64,000 bases of DNA. Origin: a virus. Its lineage: Duplodnaviria > Caudoviricetes. The notes below the pieces were generated by a model. It was not told where the DNA came from. It searched no databases and worked only from the letters and a program-made list of their open reading frames with translations. Positions 27,299-36,925 of the stretch are shown here, piece by piece. The stretch lies in IMG/VR virus record IMGVR_UViG_3300037313_001148, positions 1 through 64,000 of that record; one strand, 5' to 3'. Both the position numbers and the translations under genes were made by a program. Within the stretch, counting starts at the first letter, position 1; each line of letters opens with the position of its first letter.

Positions 27299-27327
27299 TT
27301 GAAAATTCCGCCGGCTCCTGCTATGAT
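27299..27327 (+). promoter_or_regulatory. sigma70-type promoter
   Basis: TTGAAA-17 nt-TATGAT. Confidence 0.7.
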
Positions 27328-27364
27328 AGCGAAGGCTGGACAATCAAACCCCGAGGGACGGCCA

Positions 27365-27571
27365 ATGCGGCTCAAATTTTTCCGTATCAGAGGCCTCGGA
27401 GGCACTATCATCGATGCCGACGAAATCCTCATGGCAGAAGAACGAAAAAATAAATCAAAAGACAATGTATATGTTGTAGCTTATATGAGAAACGGAGAGT
27501 CATTCTTCCTCAAAACCTCAATGGCCGACTTCATCGAAGATATAAAGAAAGAAGGAATCACTGAATCATGA
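27365..27571 (+). CDS. hypothetical protein
   Basis: ATG 27365 after gaggga. Confidence 0.55.
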   Translation: MRLKFFRIRGLGGTIIDADEILMAEERKNKSKDNVYVVAYMRNGESFFLKTSMADFIEDIKKEGITES

Positions 27572-27834
27572 GCAAATCAAAACAAGATCAACCTTCAACA
27601 ATCACGCCGCCGCCGCTGTTTCAGGCAGGCGACTCGATCTCTTGCGTGATCCTGACGGACGGACTTGCGGAGCGGGACATTTTCCGTGTCGAGTCTGTGC
27701 GGGGGGACGGCGACGACATGGAGTTGGCGATCCGGCTCAAGCCCGACATGGAACCCGTGTTCCATCCGGCCTGGCGGTTCCGCAAGCTGGAAGACGAGCC
27801 GCCGAAGCTTCCCGTCAAGAAACCTGCAAGTTAA
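27568..27834 (+). CDS. hypothetical protein
   Basis: 88 aa, 4-nt overlap with the upstream gene. Confidence 0.6.
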   Translation: MSKSKQDQPSTITPPPLFQAGDSISCVILTDGLAERDIFRVESVRGDGDDMELAIRLKPDMEPVFHPAWRFRKLEDEPPKLPVKKPAS

Positions 27835-28212
27835 CATACCAAGAGAAGATCAGGTTGTCTGTTTGGCGGGCAATCGGTCTAAGGTCTGTAGGACCGCCTC
27901 AAGTGTCCTATGCCGACTCTCGGCAATGAGGGGGTTCTCGGCACCAGGCCGAGCGGTCCAACCCGGACTTTAAACGGGGGTCTAGCGGACGACCATAAAC
28001 TTCCGCCGGCGCTTCCCAGGCTAAAAGCGACCGAGAAACTACACGACTAGTCAAGTGTTGATGTTTCAAGGAAAAGGCATGCCTATCCCGGATGACCTTG
28101 ACGCATCTACACAAGATAAACCGTGGAAATCTTTGCGTGCCGCAAGCATGCTTCAAACACACCTGGGCGCGTTTTTCTCCATCTCAGGCTCAGTTTTCTG
28201 CTGGAGCTTTGC

Positions 28213-28881
28213 ATGGGCGAAGACGAACACGACTACTGGTATCCGGGAGACAACCGCGACAAAGAACCCTCAACTCCCGATCGGATAAAAAAATTACAGG
28301 AACATCTCAGCAAGCTCAACAAAATCTTTTTCAGGCTCGGACTGATCTTTCAGCGGCTCGCCCCTCAAATTGACGACAGGTGGACAGGATTGGCCGTCGT
28401 CAATCCTGTGCTCGAATGTCTAGATCCCATGGATCCTGATGATCTCGTGCGGTTATACGCCGACGTAATGGATACGGCACGGTCCAAGGTCAGGACCATG
28501 AATTCCTTGGAGTCCAAGCTTCGCGAGACACACCGGCTCGCAAAACTTGCGGGCGGTGAAAACGTTTGGATGTTGAAGGATCCCGGCCTCTCCCGTTCTC
28601 AGCCATCTCCTAAAAACGAAAACACATCTCCATCTCTCGATTACGTGGAGATATTACCGATCGACACCCCTCCTTCTCCGTCGTCCCTTTCGTCGGCGCA
28701 GCCGACGACTCAGCCAAGCTCCGATCGCCCTGGGATAGCCCTGGCCGAGATCGCCGCAATGCTTCGCGTAAATCCAGAGTCATTTAATTTCTCATTCGAG
28801 GATGTAAATAAGATGCATCACTCGATCTGGCCTCTGCTTCGTGAAGATATGTGCAAATTTCTAAATCAGCCGAGCCATTGA
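28213..28881 (+). CDS. hypothetical protein
   Basis: ATG 28213 after ggag; contains repeat copy 4 in frame. Confidence 0.6.
   Translation: MGEDEHDYWYPGDNRDKEPSTPDRIKKLQEHLSKLNKIFFRLGLIFQRLAPQIDDRWTGLAVVNPVLECLDPMDPDDLVRLYADVMDTARSKVRTMNSLESKLRETHRLAKLAGGENVWMLKDPGLSRSQPSPKNENTSPSLDYVEILPIDTPPSPSSLSSAQPTTQPSSDRPGIALAEIAAMLRVNPESFNFSFEDVNKMHHSIWPLLREDMCKFLNQPSH
28662..28708 (+). repeat. dispersed motif+GNA hairpin element, copy 4 (in frame, DTPPSPSS)
   Basis: cgacacccctccttctccgtcgtcc + tcgtcggc-GCA-gccgacga. Confidence 0.88.
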
Positions 28882-28882
28882 A

Positions 28883-29275
28883 ATGGACGCTCGAGAGCAG
28901 GCGATTTTCGATCATTTTGAACAGCTTCGGCGGGAGGAGATTCCTGTCGTGGTGCATGCGGCCCACAATTCAGGGAATCTTCGGGCGAAACAAGTCGGCT
29001 GGGTCTGGAAAGTTCATGATACGTCCAAGCCCGACGCGAAGGATAACGTCGTGCGGCGATCCTGTGAAGAGCCGGCGGTAATTATCCAATTCCCTGATGG
29101 CGTCACTCAATTTTTCTGGGCTTCTGAGGTACGCCGCGCCAATCTCCGCAACCCTCTGGTTCGTGTGCCGCGATACCACACCGAGCATTCGGGATTCCAG
29201 CAATACTCTGCCGACGACCGCCTTGCTGTTGACCGGGAAGTTCCCAAGAAAGCCTCGAGACGGAGGAAGAAATGA
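28883..29275 (+). CDS. hypothetical protein
   Basis: 130 aa, tandem arrangement. Confidence 0.6.
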   Translation: MDAREQAIFDHFEQLRREEIPVVVHAAHNSGNLRAKQVGWVWKVHDTSKPDAKDNVVRRSCEEPAVIIQFPDGVTQFFWASEVRRANLRNPLVRVPRYHTEHSGFQQYSADDRLAVDREVPKKASRRRKK

Positions 29276-29805
29276 AGGGCACGTCTCGTCCACCGAGTGA
29301 ATCCGAAGTCTCGAAAGCATTAGTTCATGATTTCATTGACGGAATCATTGTCAGATCAGTCAATGATTTCCCTGGAGCCTCAGAACAATCGCTTCTCGGC
29401 ACGGCATTCAGTGATTTCACGGCGGCTCTCAGTGCGGGCAATGTGACATCCGCCACGGCTCTTGACGGCGTTCAGACGGTCAATCTCTTGAAGGAGCGGA
29501 TCGCCTGGCTTTGCGAAAACGCCAGGGTCATGGCTGTAGAGATTCGTGCTCCTGGACAGTTGATCGGCGTTTCGCGCTACTATCCTTCTGGGTATACCCT
29601 TACAACAACGCCCAAGCAAATGTTGTGGTCGAAAGACGAGCCTCCTCCCGGCCTTTCCGAGCCGATCAGCGAGAAGGAACAAAGCCTTACGAATCACATC
29701 ATCGGCATTCTCAATGAATGCCCTGACTCGGTTCGGCTCCGCGTGGCCAACACTTACTGCGTTCGGTGCGGCTCCGAAGTGAAAGGCCATTTCTGCAATG
29801 CCTAA
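29272..29805 (+). CDS. hypothetical protein
   Basis: 177 aa, C-terminal CVRC. Confidence 0.6.
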   Translation: MKGTSRPPSESEVSKALVHDFIDGIIVRSVNDFPGASEQSLLGTAFSDFTAALSAGNVTSATALDGVQTVNLLKERIAWLCENARVMAVEIRAPGQLIGVSRYYPSGYTLTTTPKQMLWSKDEPPPGLSEPISEKEQSLTNHIIGILNECPDSVRLRVANTYCVRCGSEVKGHFCNA

Positions 29806-30052
29806 GATTAAGCCTATCGTTAAAAAATTATTCATGTTTTCAATCACGTCCATCGCTATCTCATTCTCTTTTGCTTATTCGACATCCCCTGACGACAAAA
29901 TCCTCATGTTTATCAGGGCGTTTTGCTTGTGCTCCTGGATCTTTATTGCATTCAGGAACGGCGTAAACGTGGGCATGCAATCGCTTGCTGAAAATCTCCT
30001 TGGAAGAGCGGAAGAACTCATCGAAAATTTGGAATCAATCGAAGACGAATGA
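29798..30052 (+). CDS. small membrane protein
   Basis: two hydrophobic segments. Confidence 0.55.
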   Translation: MPKIKPIVKKLFMFSITSIAISFSFAYSTSPDDKILMFIRAFCLCSWIFIAFRNGVNVGMQSLAENLLGRAEELIENLESIEDE

Positions 30053-30378
30053 AGTTATTTCAATGGCGAGAAATTGAGGCTGCCGTCGATTACGCTGCTC
30101 AAGGTGGCCAAGCACTACATATTCACAATTTCATAATTGATCGCGACAAGGCTCCCGCCTGTTTCAAGCGGGATGTTGACGCCGGAAAGCAGATTGCTCA
30201 CCTGTTCGACCAGGACAAGAATCGGCTCATCGCCACGGCTCGACGATTAGGCGTGCGGGTAATCCTGGTGGAACGCGAAGGCACCGATGGTATGCACATC
30301 GATCTTTGCGGCAAGCCACTCGAGCGTGCCGTCAAGGAATGCGAAATTCCTGGAACTAAACAAGGGAGCTTATTCTGA
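30049..30378 (+). CDS. hypothetical protein (DUF4031-like)
   Basis: AHLFD..L...ARRLGV..HIDL. Confidence 0.5.
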   Translation: MKLFQWREIEAAVDYAAQGGQALHIHNFIIDRDKAPACFKRDVDAGKQIAHLFDQDKNRLIATARRLGVRVILVEREGTDGMHIDLCGKPLERAVKECEIPGTKQGSLF

Positions 30379-30815
30379 TGGGACTTCCGGAATCCACTGA
30401 CGATCTGACCCCGGACAATCCTCGCCGCCACATTCCCAATTGGACTGTCACTGATCCTCACGAGTGGGCTAAGAAATTTGCCGCCTGGATTTCGTATTGT
30501 CTTGGCGAGTTCACTTCTCATCGTTTCTGGGAAAATGATTACGCCGAGTGGTTTGAGATGGCGATCTTTTCCGGGAAGGAATCTTATCGGCTGGAGAAGT
30601 ACCCGTTAAAAACAGGAACACTTGAAGAAGTTATCAAGGGACGACGTTTCGCGGTCCTGCAACGTAAGTCATGGACGGACAAAAGAATCTTTGTTATCTA
30701 TTTTGATGGAAACTGGAACGTCAAAATGGGAAGCGACGGAAGTCAAATCACCACTCTGACCAAAATTGAAGATATCTTGGCGGATGACTGGGAGCACGTT
30801 ACCCTGCCGGCCTGA
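30378..30815 (+). CDS. DUF2829 / Tad2-like domain protein
   Basis: C-terminal LEEVIKG..QRKSW..EDILADDWE pattern. Confidence 0.5.
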   Translation: MGLPESTDDLTPDNPRRHIPNWTVTDPHEWAKKFAAWISYCLGEFTSHRFWENDYAEWFEMAIFSGKESYRLEKYPLKTGTLEEVIKGRRFAVLQRKSWTDKRIFVIYFDGNWNVKMGSDGSQITTLTKIEDILADDWEHVTLPA

Positions 30816-30830
30816 TTTTCAGGATTTCTC

Positions 30831-31064
30831 TTGCCTTCCCCTGCTTTCCCTGCTAGGATCTGGCGACCCGGAGGCTCCACGATGCTTTTTGCCCTCCTTT
30901 TTCTGCCACCCCTGATCGTTCTTGGGGTAATGGTAGAAATCGTCTGCCGCATCCAAGACACAGAAACAAAAGCATCCGAATATATAAACAGCAACCTCCG
31001 GATCGACCAACCTCATTCCCGGAACGTCCAACCAGAAGGAATTCGGCATGTCTTTGAACGATGA
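30831..31064 (+). CDS. small membrane protein
   Basis: hydrophobic N-terminus. Confidence 0.45.
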   Translation: MPSPAFPARIWRPGGSTMLFALLFLPPLIVLGVMVEIVCRIQDTETKASEYINSNLRIDQPHSRNVQPEGIRHVFER

Positions 31065-31788
31065 GAACGTTATCTGCGTATCCACGCAAGTTCTCGAGAC
31101 GGCCCTTAAGAGCTTGACTGGCTGGGGGCGATTCAAGGACCAGCGTGATTCGTCCTTTTACCCATCCGATCAGATTCCGCTCTATCAAGTCCTGAACATC
31201 TTTAACTACACCGAGTCTCGTTCTCCGATTGTCCTGCCTCGATCGGAAGCCGAGACTCACAAGTATTTCCGTCACCTGATCGCCTACAATGTTCTATCAG
31301 TAAATGGACAGATCTTCAACTATCGACGTGGCAAGGCTGGCTCTGAAGGCCGGCTTCATGATCTCCGTTCTCTGGGGATTGGGGGTCACGTCAACGACGA
31401 GGATTGTGAAGGGCCGCTCACGGCTGACAAGCTGTTTAATGCGGTCCTGCGTGAAATTCAAGAAGAGATGTTGATTCTTGGATACAATCATTGCGGGCCT
31501 GAAAACCTGCGATACTCTCATACGGTCAACTATCGCGGCCTGATCGTGGATTCATCCAACGAGGTTGGCAAAGTTCACGTCGGAGTTGTCTACGAATTCT
31601 CATACTTCTTCCCATTGCAGACCATTTTTAGCGCCTCCAATTTGTTTGGTTCGCGGGACCACGGGCTAGAAGACGGCAAGTTCTCCGATTTCCCTTCACT
31701 GTCCTCTCCAGAGAACAAAGAAACATATGAATCCTGGTCAAAAATCCTTATTAATGCAATGAGGGTGCCGGTGCCAACCCTCTTCTGA
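31048..31788 (+). CDS. NUDIX-like phosphoesterase (YmaB-like)
   Basis: YRRGKAGSEGRLH..SLGIGGHVN..REIQEE..NEVGKVHVG. Confidence 0.8.
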   Translation: MSLNDENVICVSTQVLETALKSLTGWGRFKDQRDSSFYPSDQIPLYQVLNIFNYTESRSPIVLPRSEAETHKYFRHLIAYNVLSVNGQIFNYRRGKAGSEGRLHDLRSLGIGGHVNDEDCEGPLTADKLFNAVLREIQEEMLILGYNHCGPENLRYSHTVNYRGLIVDSSNEVGKVHVGVVYEFSYFFPLQTIFSASNLFGSRDHGLEDGKFSDFPSLSSPENKETYESWSKILINAMRVPVPTLF

Positions 31789-31824
31789 GAGACACCAGTG
31801 TCATCCCGATCACCTGGAGACGTA

Positions 31825-32091
31825 ATGAGGTTCCGTAAAAAGCCAGTCGTGATTGAGGCGATACAGTGGACTGGATACAACATTATGGACGTGATGACGT
31901 TCATGGCTCCAGTTGAACCAGTCCACATGTCTGGCTTCGCAAATTCTGATGAGATCATCGGCATCGACACGCTGGAAGGCCGCATGACTGCGAAGCGTGG
32001 CGACTGGATTATCAAGGGCGTGAAGGGCGAGTTCTACCCGTGCAAAGACGATATTTTCAGGGCGACATACGATCCAGTTGATTATGAATAA
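31825..32091 (+). CDS. conserved phage protein
   Basis: RKKPVVIEAIQW..TLEG..GDWIIKGVKGEFYPCK.DIF.ATY. Confidence 0.8.
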   Translation: MRFRKKPVVIEAIQWTGYNIMDVMTFMAPVEPVHMSGFANSDEIIGIDTLEGRMTAKRGDWIIKGVKGEFYPCKDDIFRATYDPVDYE

Positions 32092-32103
32092 GTTCAAAGC
32101 GAA

Positions 32104-32182
32104 CACGCTTTGTAAGCCGTGAGTGGAAGCGTGAACCTGGCTACTGTTTGTTCTCCTTTCAGTGGCCAGGGTTAACCACGGT
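32104..32182 (+). ncRNA. pseudoknot RNA motif, copy A
   Basis: P1 cacgctt/aagcgtg, loop GTAAGCCGTGAGTG, 11-bp hairpin, GTTAACCACGG. Confidence 0.6.
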
Positions 32183-32199
32183 GGGTTTGAGCTTGATTT

Positions 32200-32234
32200 G
32201 AAGGCCGGGGAGTTTCTTCGGCTCCCCGGCCTTC
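32200..32234 (+). terminator. 13-bp hairpin (terminator-like, no U tract)
   Basis: gaaggccggggag/ctccccggccttc. Confidence 0.5.
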
Positions 32235-32273
32235 CTTAAGACATCCAACGTAAACACAATTCAGGAGATAATC

Positions 32274-32642
32274 ATGGGACGAGAATTAACCTCACATAAA
32301 GTGGGCGACCTGAATGATGTGCTCAAGATCGAAGTTCTGGACAAACCTGGCCCCGGCGGCGCAAATCATAGCTATATGATTACGCCAACCATCGGAAACG
32401 CGGTGGGTCTAAAGATCGATTTTCAGAATGGGCCTCTAAAGGAAACGATCTACCCAAACGGGTTGACCATCGAATCTCTTCTGGCTATCGCTGAGGATCG
32501 ACTCAAGGGCTTTCAGTCTGGACCTTTCGCCTGTCGGGAAAATGCCTTAGCATTGACTCATATTCAGAAATCAATGAATTGGCTTCACCATAGGACACGC
32601 GACAGATTGCAGCGTGGTGTCGAAGGCACGAATCAAGCCTAG
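32274..32642 (+). CDS. tad1: Tad1-family anti-defence sponge protein
   Basis: GPGGANHSY..FQNGP..G...ESLL.I..DRLKGFQSGPFACRENALALTHI...MNWL..R..DR..RGVEGT matches the Tad1 pattern throughout. Confidence 0.85.
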   Translation: MGRELTSHKVGDLNDVLKIEVLDKPGPGGANHSYMITPTIGNAVGLKIDFQNGPLKETIYPNGLTIESLLAIAEDRLKGFQSGPFACRENALALTHIQKSMNWLHHRTRDRLQRGVEGTNQA

Positions 32643-32689
32643 GATATCCAAGCACATTAATGTATAAGCAATCGTAAATATTTAGATAC

Positions 32690-32772
32690 ACACAGGGTAA
32701 GCCGTGAGTGCCTGTGTTTACTTGGCTTCAGGATTCTCCGCTCATCACCTGGAGTTCAAGGTTAACCACGGC
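32690..32772 (+). ncRNA. pseudoknot RNA motif, copy B
   Basis: P1 acacagg/cctgtgt, same loop and same GTTAACCACGG as copy A. Confidence 0.6.
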
Positions 32773-32798
32773 CGATCACTCGGAGTTGTCTCCAGTCG

Positions 32799-32839
32799 GA
32801 GTAGGGCCGGAAGGCATCACACTTCCGGCCTTACTCTTT
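32799..32839 (+). terminator. 15-bp hairpin followed by TTT
   Basis: gagtagggccggaag/cttccggccttactc. Confidence 0.55.
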
Positions 32840-32853
32840 GCCAAGGATCCATC

Positions 32854-33543
32854 ATGATTACTCGAGTTCTTGCTGTCCCCGTGATTGTCTCTGAGGGTCG
32901 GATCACATTTCACACCGCTTACATTGAAACAGGTGTAAATAATTGCGTCTTATCTTTGGTTCCCGGTGAACCTGTCATCATCTACCTTGATCCATCAAAA
33001 GAACCACAATTCTCCAAGCATCCGCAAGGAGGCTGGGTTTCTCCTGTCTGGGACCGCCTGGCGGAAGCTGAAGCGGCGGAAACAGAGATTGATTATATTC
33101 ACATTCATTGCCGTTGCCACAAGCGGGAAACTCTGACCGGGGACGACCTATATTCCCTCGAGCAGACCGGCCACACGGCGGATTGCCGCCATGGCATGCC
33201 TGTCTCCGGCTCACCCATCAACAAATTATTTCCCAGTGCTGCGAATGTTCTGACACAAGCCCGCAACACTCCCCTTCCTCCGTCGTCCCCTTCGTCGGCG
33301 AAGCCGACGACAGACGCACAGAACCCGATGAACGCGATCGCCAAGTGGCTGAACGGAACATGTGGAAGTATTCAGGATGCGTGTAAAGAGCTTGGTCTGG
33401 CCGTCGAAACTGATTCGACAAGAGATATTCTCAAATCAGAATACCATTTCATGCCTTGTACTGGTTGCGCGACGTGGGGATTCTTCCAGAACTCAACCAA
33501 TCCCATGTGTCGCGCCTGTGCTGCGGAAGTAGAATCAGCTTGA
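32854..33543 (+). CDS. hypothetical Cys/His-rich protein
   Basis: ATG 32854 after aagga; contains repeat copy 5 in frame. Confidence 0.6.
   Translation: MITRVLAVPVIVSEGRITFHTAYIETGVNNCVLSLVPGEPVIIYLDPSKEPQFSKHPQGGWVSPVWDRLAEAEAAETEIDYIHIHCRCHKRETLTGDDLYSLEQTGHTADCRHGMPVSGSPINKLFPSAANVLTQARNTPLPPSSPSSAKPTTDAQNPMNAIAKWLNGTCGSIQDACKELGLAVETDSTRDILKSEYHFMPCTGCATWGFFQNSTNPMCRACAAEVESA
33264..33310 (+). repeat. dispersed motif+GNA hairpin element, copy 5 (in frame, NTPLPPSS)
   Basis: caacactccccttcctccgtcgtcc + tcgtcggc-GAA-gccgacga. Confidence 0.88.
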
Positions 33544-33627
33544 CATCTTTACCTCCTTATTAACAAACATTAACCAGACAGTTACGCTTGTCTTGACGCA
33601 GTATCACGATTTCCCATAAAATCTCTC

Positions 33628-35304
33628 TTGAGAAATCAAGGGGGTTTTTCTTTGAGCGTTGCAACTTTTCCGATCCCTGGCTCCTCTTACCATGATCTCG
33701 CCATCAAGGCTGAGCGGTGTCGGCGATCGCTCGCCTACTTCACGCGAACCTTCTGGGATGAGATTGTCCCCGAGAAACTAACCTGGAATTGGCACATGGA
33801 TGCCGTGTGCGATCATCTCCAGGCTGTTTCCCAAGGATCAATACAACGACTTATAATCAATATTCCCCCTGGATCCGCGAAGTCTACGTTAGTAAGTGTG
33901 ATGTGGCCTGCATGGGAATGGATCGACCGGCCGGGTGAGCAATCTCTTTTTGGTTCATATGACGAGAAGCTTGCCCTTCGTGACTCGGTGCGCTGCCGCA
34001 AGGTCTTCGATTCTGAGCGATACCGGACGATCTTCCAGCCGGACTGGAAGATGGCAAAAGACCAAAATGCGAAAGGTTTCTACACTAACACGGCCAACGG
34101 GAATCGTTACACGTTCGGTCTGAACTCCTCCGGCAAGATGGGCTGGCGCGGAAACAAGGTTGTCCTGGACGATCCTAACGATATCAAGGCTCGGTTTGAC
34201 ACGCGGATCAAGGCGGATGCCTGGGACGTGTTCGCCAGCGTGCTTCAGACCCGCGTCAACGACCTGCCGACCGCGAAATTTCTGATTGTCCAGCAGAGAA
34301 CATCTTTTGATGATTTCACTGGCCGAATTCATGACATGGAATCCGACCCCGAAGTCATGGCGGTAATGGAGAAGATCGGCAAATGGGAAACGGTCGTGAT
34401 TCCGGCCGAGTTCGACCCTTCCCGGCGGTTCTTCACGAGCATTGGTTGGACTGACCCTCGCAAGGAAGCGGGGGAGAACTTCTTCCCCAAAAAGTACCCC
34501 GACGAATCTCTCGAGGGAATGAGGCTAGTCCTTGGAGACGAAGGGTACGAGGGTCAGTTCAACCAATCCCCGGCTCCCGCCGGAGGGCAAAGATTATCGC
34601 GTGATCTCTTCTGCAAGTATAAGCGAGTTTCCGGCGACATCATCGAGCTTACCAACAAATTCGGCAACAAATCTATCATCAAGCTTGGATTATGCTGGTC
34701 GTTCGTCTCGGTAGATCTCGCCGCCTCTGAGAAGCAAACAGCCGACTACACCGCATTTTCGGTCTGGGCCGTCACGCCTACCTATGATATGATCCTTCTC
34801 AATGTTGTTAATGAAAGAATGGGAGAACCTAAGATCATTGAGAAGGCTATTGCACTACACGCCTTTACTGGATATAACGGGCGGAAGCATCTTGCCTTTG
34901 TCGTTGAAGACAACGGTTTAGGACTGCCGATTGCTCAGAGCATGGCCAAACATGGACTTCCGGTCATGCAAGTCCATATTCATAGGACTGACAAGCTTGT
35001 GCGGTCGGCAACCGCCGTGATTCGCGCCAATGCCGGCGGGATCTACCTTCCCGAAGACGGACCAGAGTATCCCTGGAAAGAACCCTGGCTTCGTCAACAC
35101 GAGCGATTCCCTGGAGACGAGCACGACGACATGGTGGATGCGACATCGCTAGCCGCATCGGCTCTCTTCGACATGGGAATCGCTGGTTTGCATGGCGGGG
35201 AGTTCCTGAAGCATTCAAAGAAGAGTGCTCACGAGGTAATGGAGCCTCAGAAACAGGAACTCCCCGCCGCGACCAAACAAAACAAAAGATTATTTGGCAC
35301 ATGA
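33628..35304 (+). CDS. terL: terminase large subunit
   Basis: LIINIPPGSAKST Walker A, VVLDDP Walker B, SVDLA nuclease motif, FPGDEHDDMVDA; start codon uncertain. Confidence 0.93.
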   Translation: MRNQGGFSLSVATFPIPGSSYHDLAIKAERCRRSLAYFTRTFWDEIVPEKLTWNWHMDAVCDHLQAVSQGSIQRLIINIPPGSAKSTLVSVMWPAWEWIDRPGEQSLFGSYDEKLALRDSVRCRKVFDSERYRTIFQPDWKMAKDQNAKGFYTNTANGNRYTFGLNSSGKMGWRGNKVVLDDPNDIKARFDTRIKADAWDVFASVLQTRVNDLPTAKFLIVQQRTSFDDFTGRIHDMESDPEVMAVMEKIGKWETVVIPAEFDPSRRFFTSIGWTDPRKEAGENFFPKKYPDESLEGMRLVLGDEGYEGQFNQSPAPAGGQRLSRDLFCKYKRVSGDIIELTNKFGNKSIIKLGLCWSFVSVDLAASEKQTADYTAFSVWAVTPTYDMILLNVVNERMGEPKIIEKAIALHAFTGYNGRKHLAFVVEDNGLGLPIAQSMAKHGLPVMQVHIHRTDKLVRSATAVIRANAGGIYLPEDGPEYPWKEPWLRQHERFPGDEHDDMVDATSLAASALFDMGIAGLHGGEFLKHSKKSAHEVMEPQKQELPAATKQNKRLFGT

Positions 35305-35651
35305 TTACTCATCCATACTGTTCCACCTGCCCGTGCTACGTGGAGAAGCCGAAGGCTTCGTGTGCCCTGGAACCTACCTGGCTGCCGATCTCGAATCCAA
35401 AAATCCATTTCTGTTCACATCATCCTAATTGGATTCTTTACATCGACTCTCTCAAACGCGGCTCCGAGAGCCGAGTCGATTCATTTCAGATTCCCAATTG
35501 CGAATGTGTAAAAATCGGCATGTCATTTCACATGCCTCCCCTCTCTGTTCTGCACACCGACAACAGTGGCACCCCTTACGTGGCGATGACGGACTGCGAG
35601 CATTGCCACGGCTCGGGCCGAATCCCCGGCAAACCTGCACGGAAATTCTAA
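35301..35651 (+). CDS. hypothetical Cys-rich protein
   Basis: 116 aa, 4-nt overlap with terL. Confidence 0.55.
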   Translation: MITHPYCSTCPCYVEKPKASCALEPTWLPISNPKIHFCSHHPNWILYIDSLKRGSESRVDSFQIPNCECVKIGMSFHMPPLSVLHTDNSGTPYVAMTDCEHCHGSGRIPGKPARKF

Positions 35652-35912
35652 TGGGACACGGATTAGGAGATCTTCATACTTTCTGGTTTGATTTCTCCGT
35701 ACTCGGCCTCGGTCAGACCGAGTATGAAATCCGCGATCGCCGGTTTCAGAATTTCATGCGCTGCGCCCGACTTCAAGACGGATCTCAGATTTGGCTCTCC
35801 GATCAGGTTGACCGCATCCTCTCCACGATCCGTCTCGAGTCTAATCGTTTCCCCGTCCTTACTGTCCACTGGGGCACGATTCAGCCGGTTGTTGTCAGCG
35901 GAAGGAGGTAAA

Positions 35913-36218
35913 ATGTTTGAGTTCTTTCATAAGCTAATTCACAAGGGGTACACCCCCAAGGATCCTCCCCGGTACACCAAGAATTCCAACGGTGGATTGA
36001 CACCCTCCGCGAAATTCGATCTCAGTAGATCAGAGTATGCTGATCTAATCTCTCTTCCAAAGGATGTGCCTGGAACCAACTGTTCAAATTGTCTTTACAT
36101 CAACAACGGTATCTGTCATAATTCGCGGCTCTATGGAATTCAAGTAAACGAACGTATGTGTTGTATTTATTGGGACCACGAAGGATCGATTCGTCCCTGG
36201 GAGGACATCGATGGCTGA
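35913..36218 (+). CDS. hypothetical Cys-rich protein
   Basis: aaggaggt RBS; CSNC..C..CC. Confidence 0.65.
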   Translation: MFEFFHKLIHKGYTPKDPPRYTKNSNGGLTPSAKFDLSRSEYADLISLPKDVPGTNCSNCLYINNGICHNSRLYGIQVNERMCCIYWDHEGSIRPWEDIDG

Positions 36219-36594
36219 CGCTCCATTGAAAGCGGCTTCTGGAGTCGATCTCTTTGACAAGACGGAGGCTGCCCCTGGACTGGTGAACGTGGATGCACAT
36301 GTTCATTCCGCCGGGATGGGGCCTCCCAACGTTACGCCTCACACCTTCCGGTTTGCCTGTCCGTCGTGCGGCAAGGTCAATGTTCTCGAGGTTACGGCAG
36401 ACATTCTAATTGTCGCATATATCATCGGAACAAAACTTCTCCATATTGATTCCCTCAGCCTTCTCAAGCCGATCATTACGACGTGTTGCGGCTGGAAGGG
36501 CATGCTGACCGCCGGCCAGTTCATTGCGGAGCCACAAGCCGCCCCTGTTGTTGTTTCTGAGTCGTCTCCTCCCCAAGAACCTTCTCAAGTATAG
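36211..36594 (+). CDS. hypothetical Zn-ribbon protein
   Basis: CPSC..CCGW; ggagga RBS. Confidence 0.6.
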   Translation: MADAPLKAASGVDLFDKTEAAPGLVNVDAHVHSAGMGPPNVTPHTFRFACPSCGKVNVLEVTADILIVAYIIGTKLLHIDSLSLLKPIITTCCGWKGMLTAGQFIAEPQAAPVVVSESSPPQEPSQV

Positions 36595-36604
36595 GAGTTT
36601 AACC

Positions 36605-36889
36605 ATGTCTGTCAGAGCGAAGTTTAGTGTTTCTTCTATCACATGGAGAATGGGCACCGGAAAAACTGGCCAAAAAGACGATCATGGCCGAGATATCTAT
36701 GGTCCATGCAGGATGGCTACAATTGAGATGCATCCGGTTTACGGCAATGGCGACCCCAGCCACGAGAACACGAAGCTCTGGAATGCTTCCCCTGGAGGCA
36801 AACTTGAACTGAACTGCGTCAATGTGGCGACTGTCGAGCAATTCGAGCTTGACCGAGAATACTACATCGACTTCACGCCTGCACCTTGA
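36605..36889 (+). CDS. conserved phage hypothetical protein
   Basis: MSVRAKF..ENTKLWNASPGG.LEL..F..EYYIDFTPA; aggag RBS. Confidence 0.7.
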   Translation: MSVRAKFSVSSITWRMGTGKTGQKDDHGRDIYGPCRMATIEMHPVYGNGDPSHENTKLWNASPGGKLELNCVNVATVEQFELDREYYIDFTPAP

Positions 36890-36925
36890 GCATTCACTAA
36901 CAAATTGAGAGATTGAGAATTTCTT

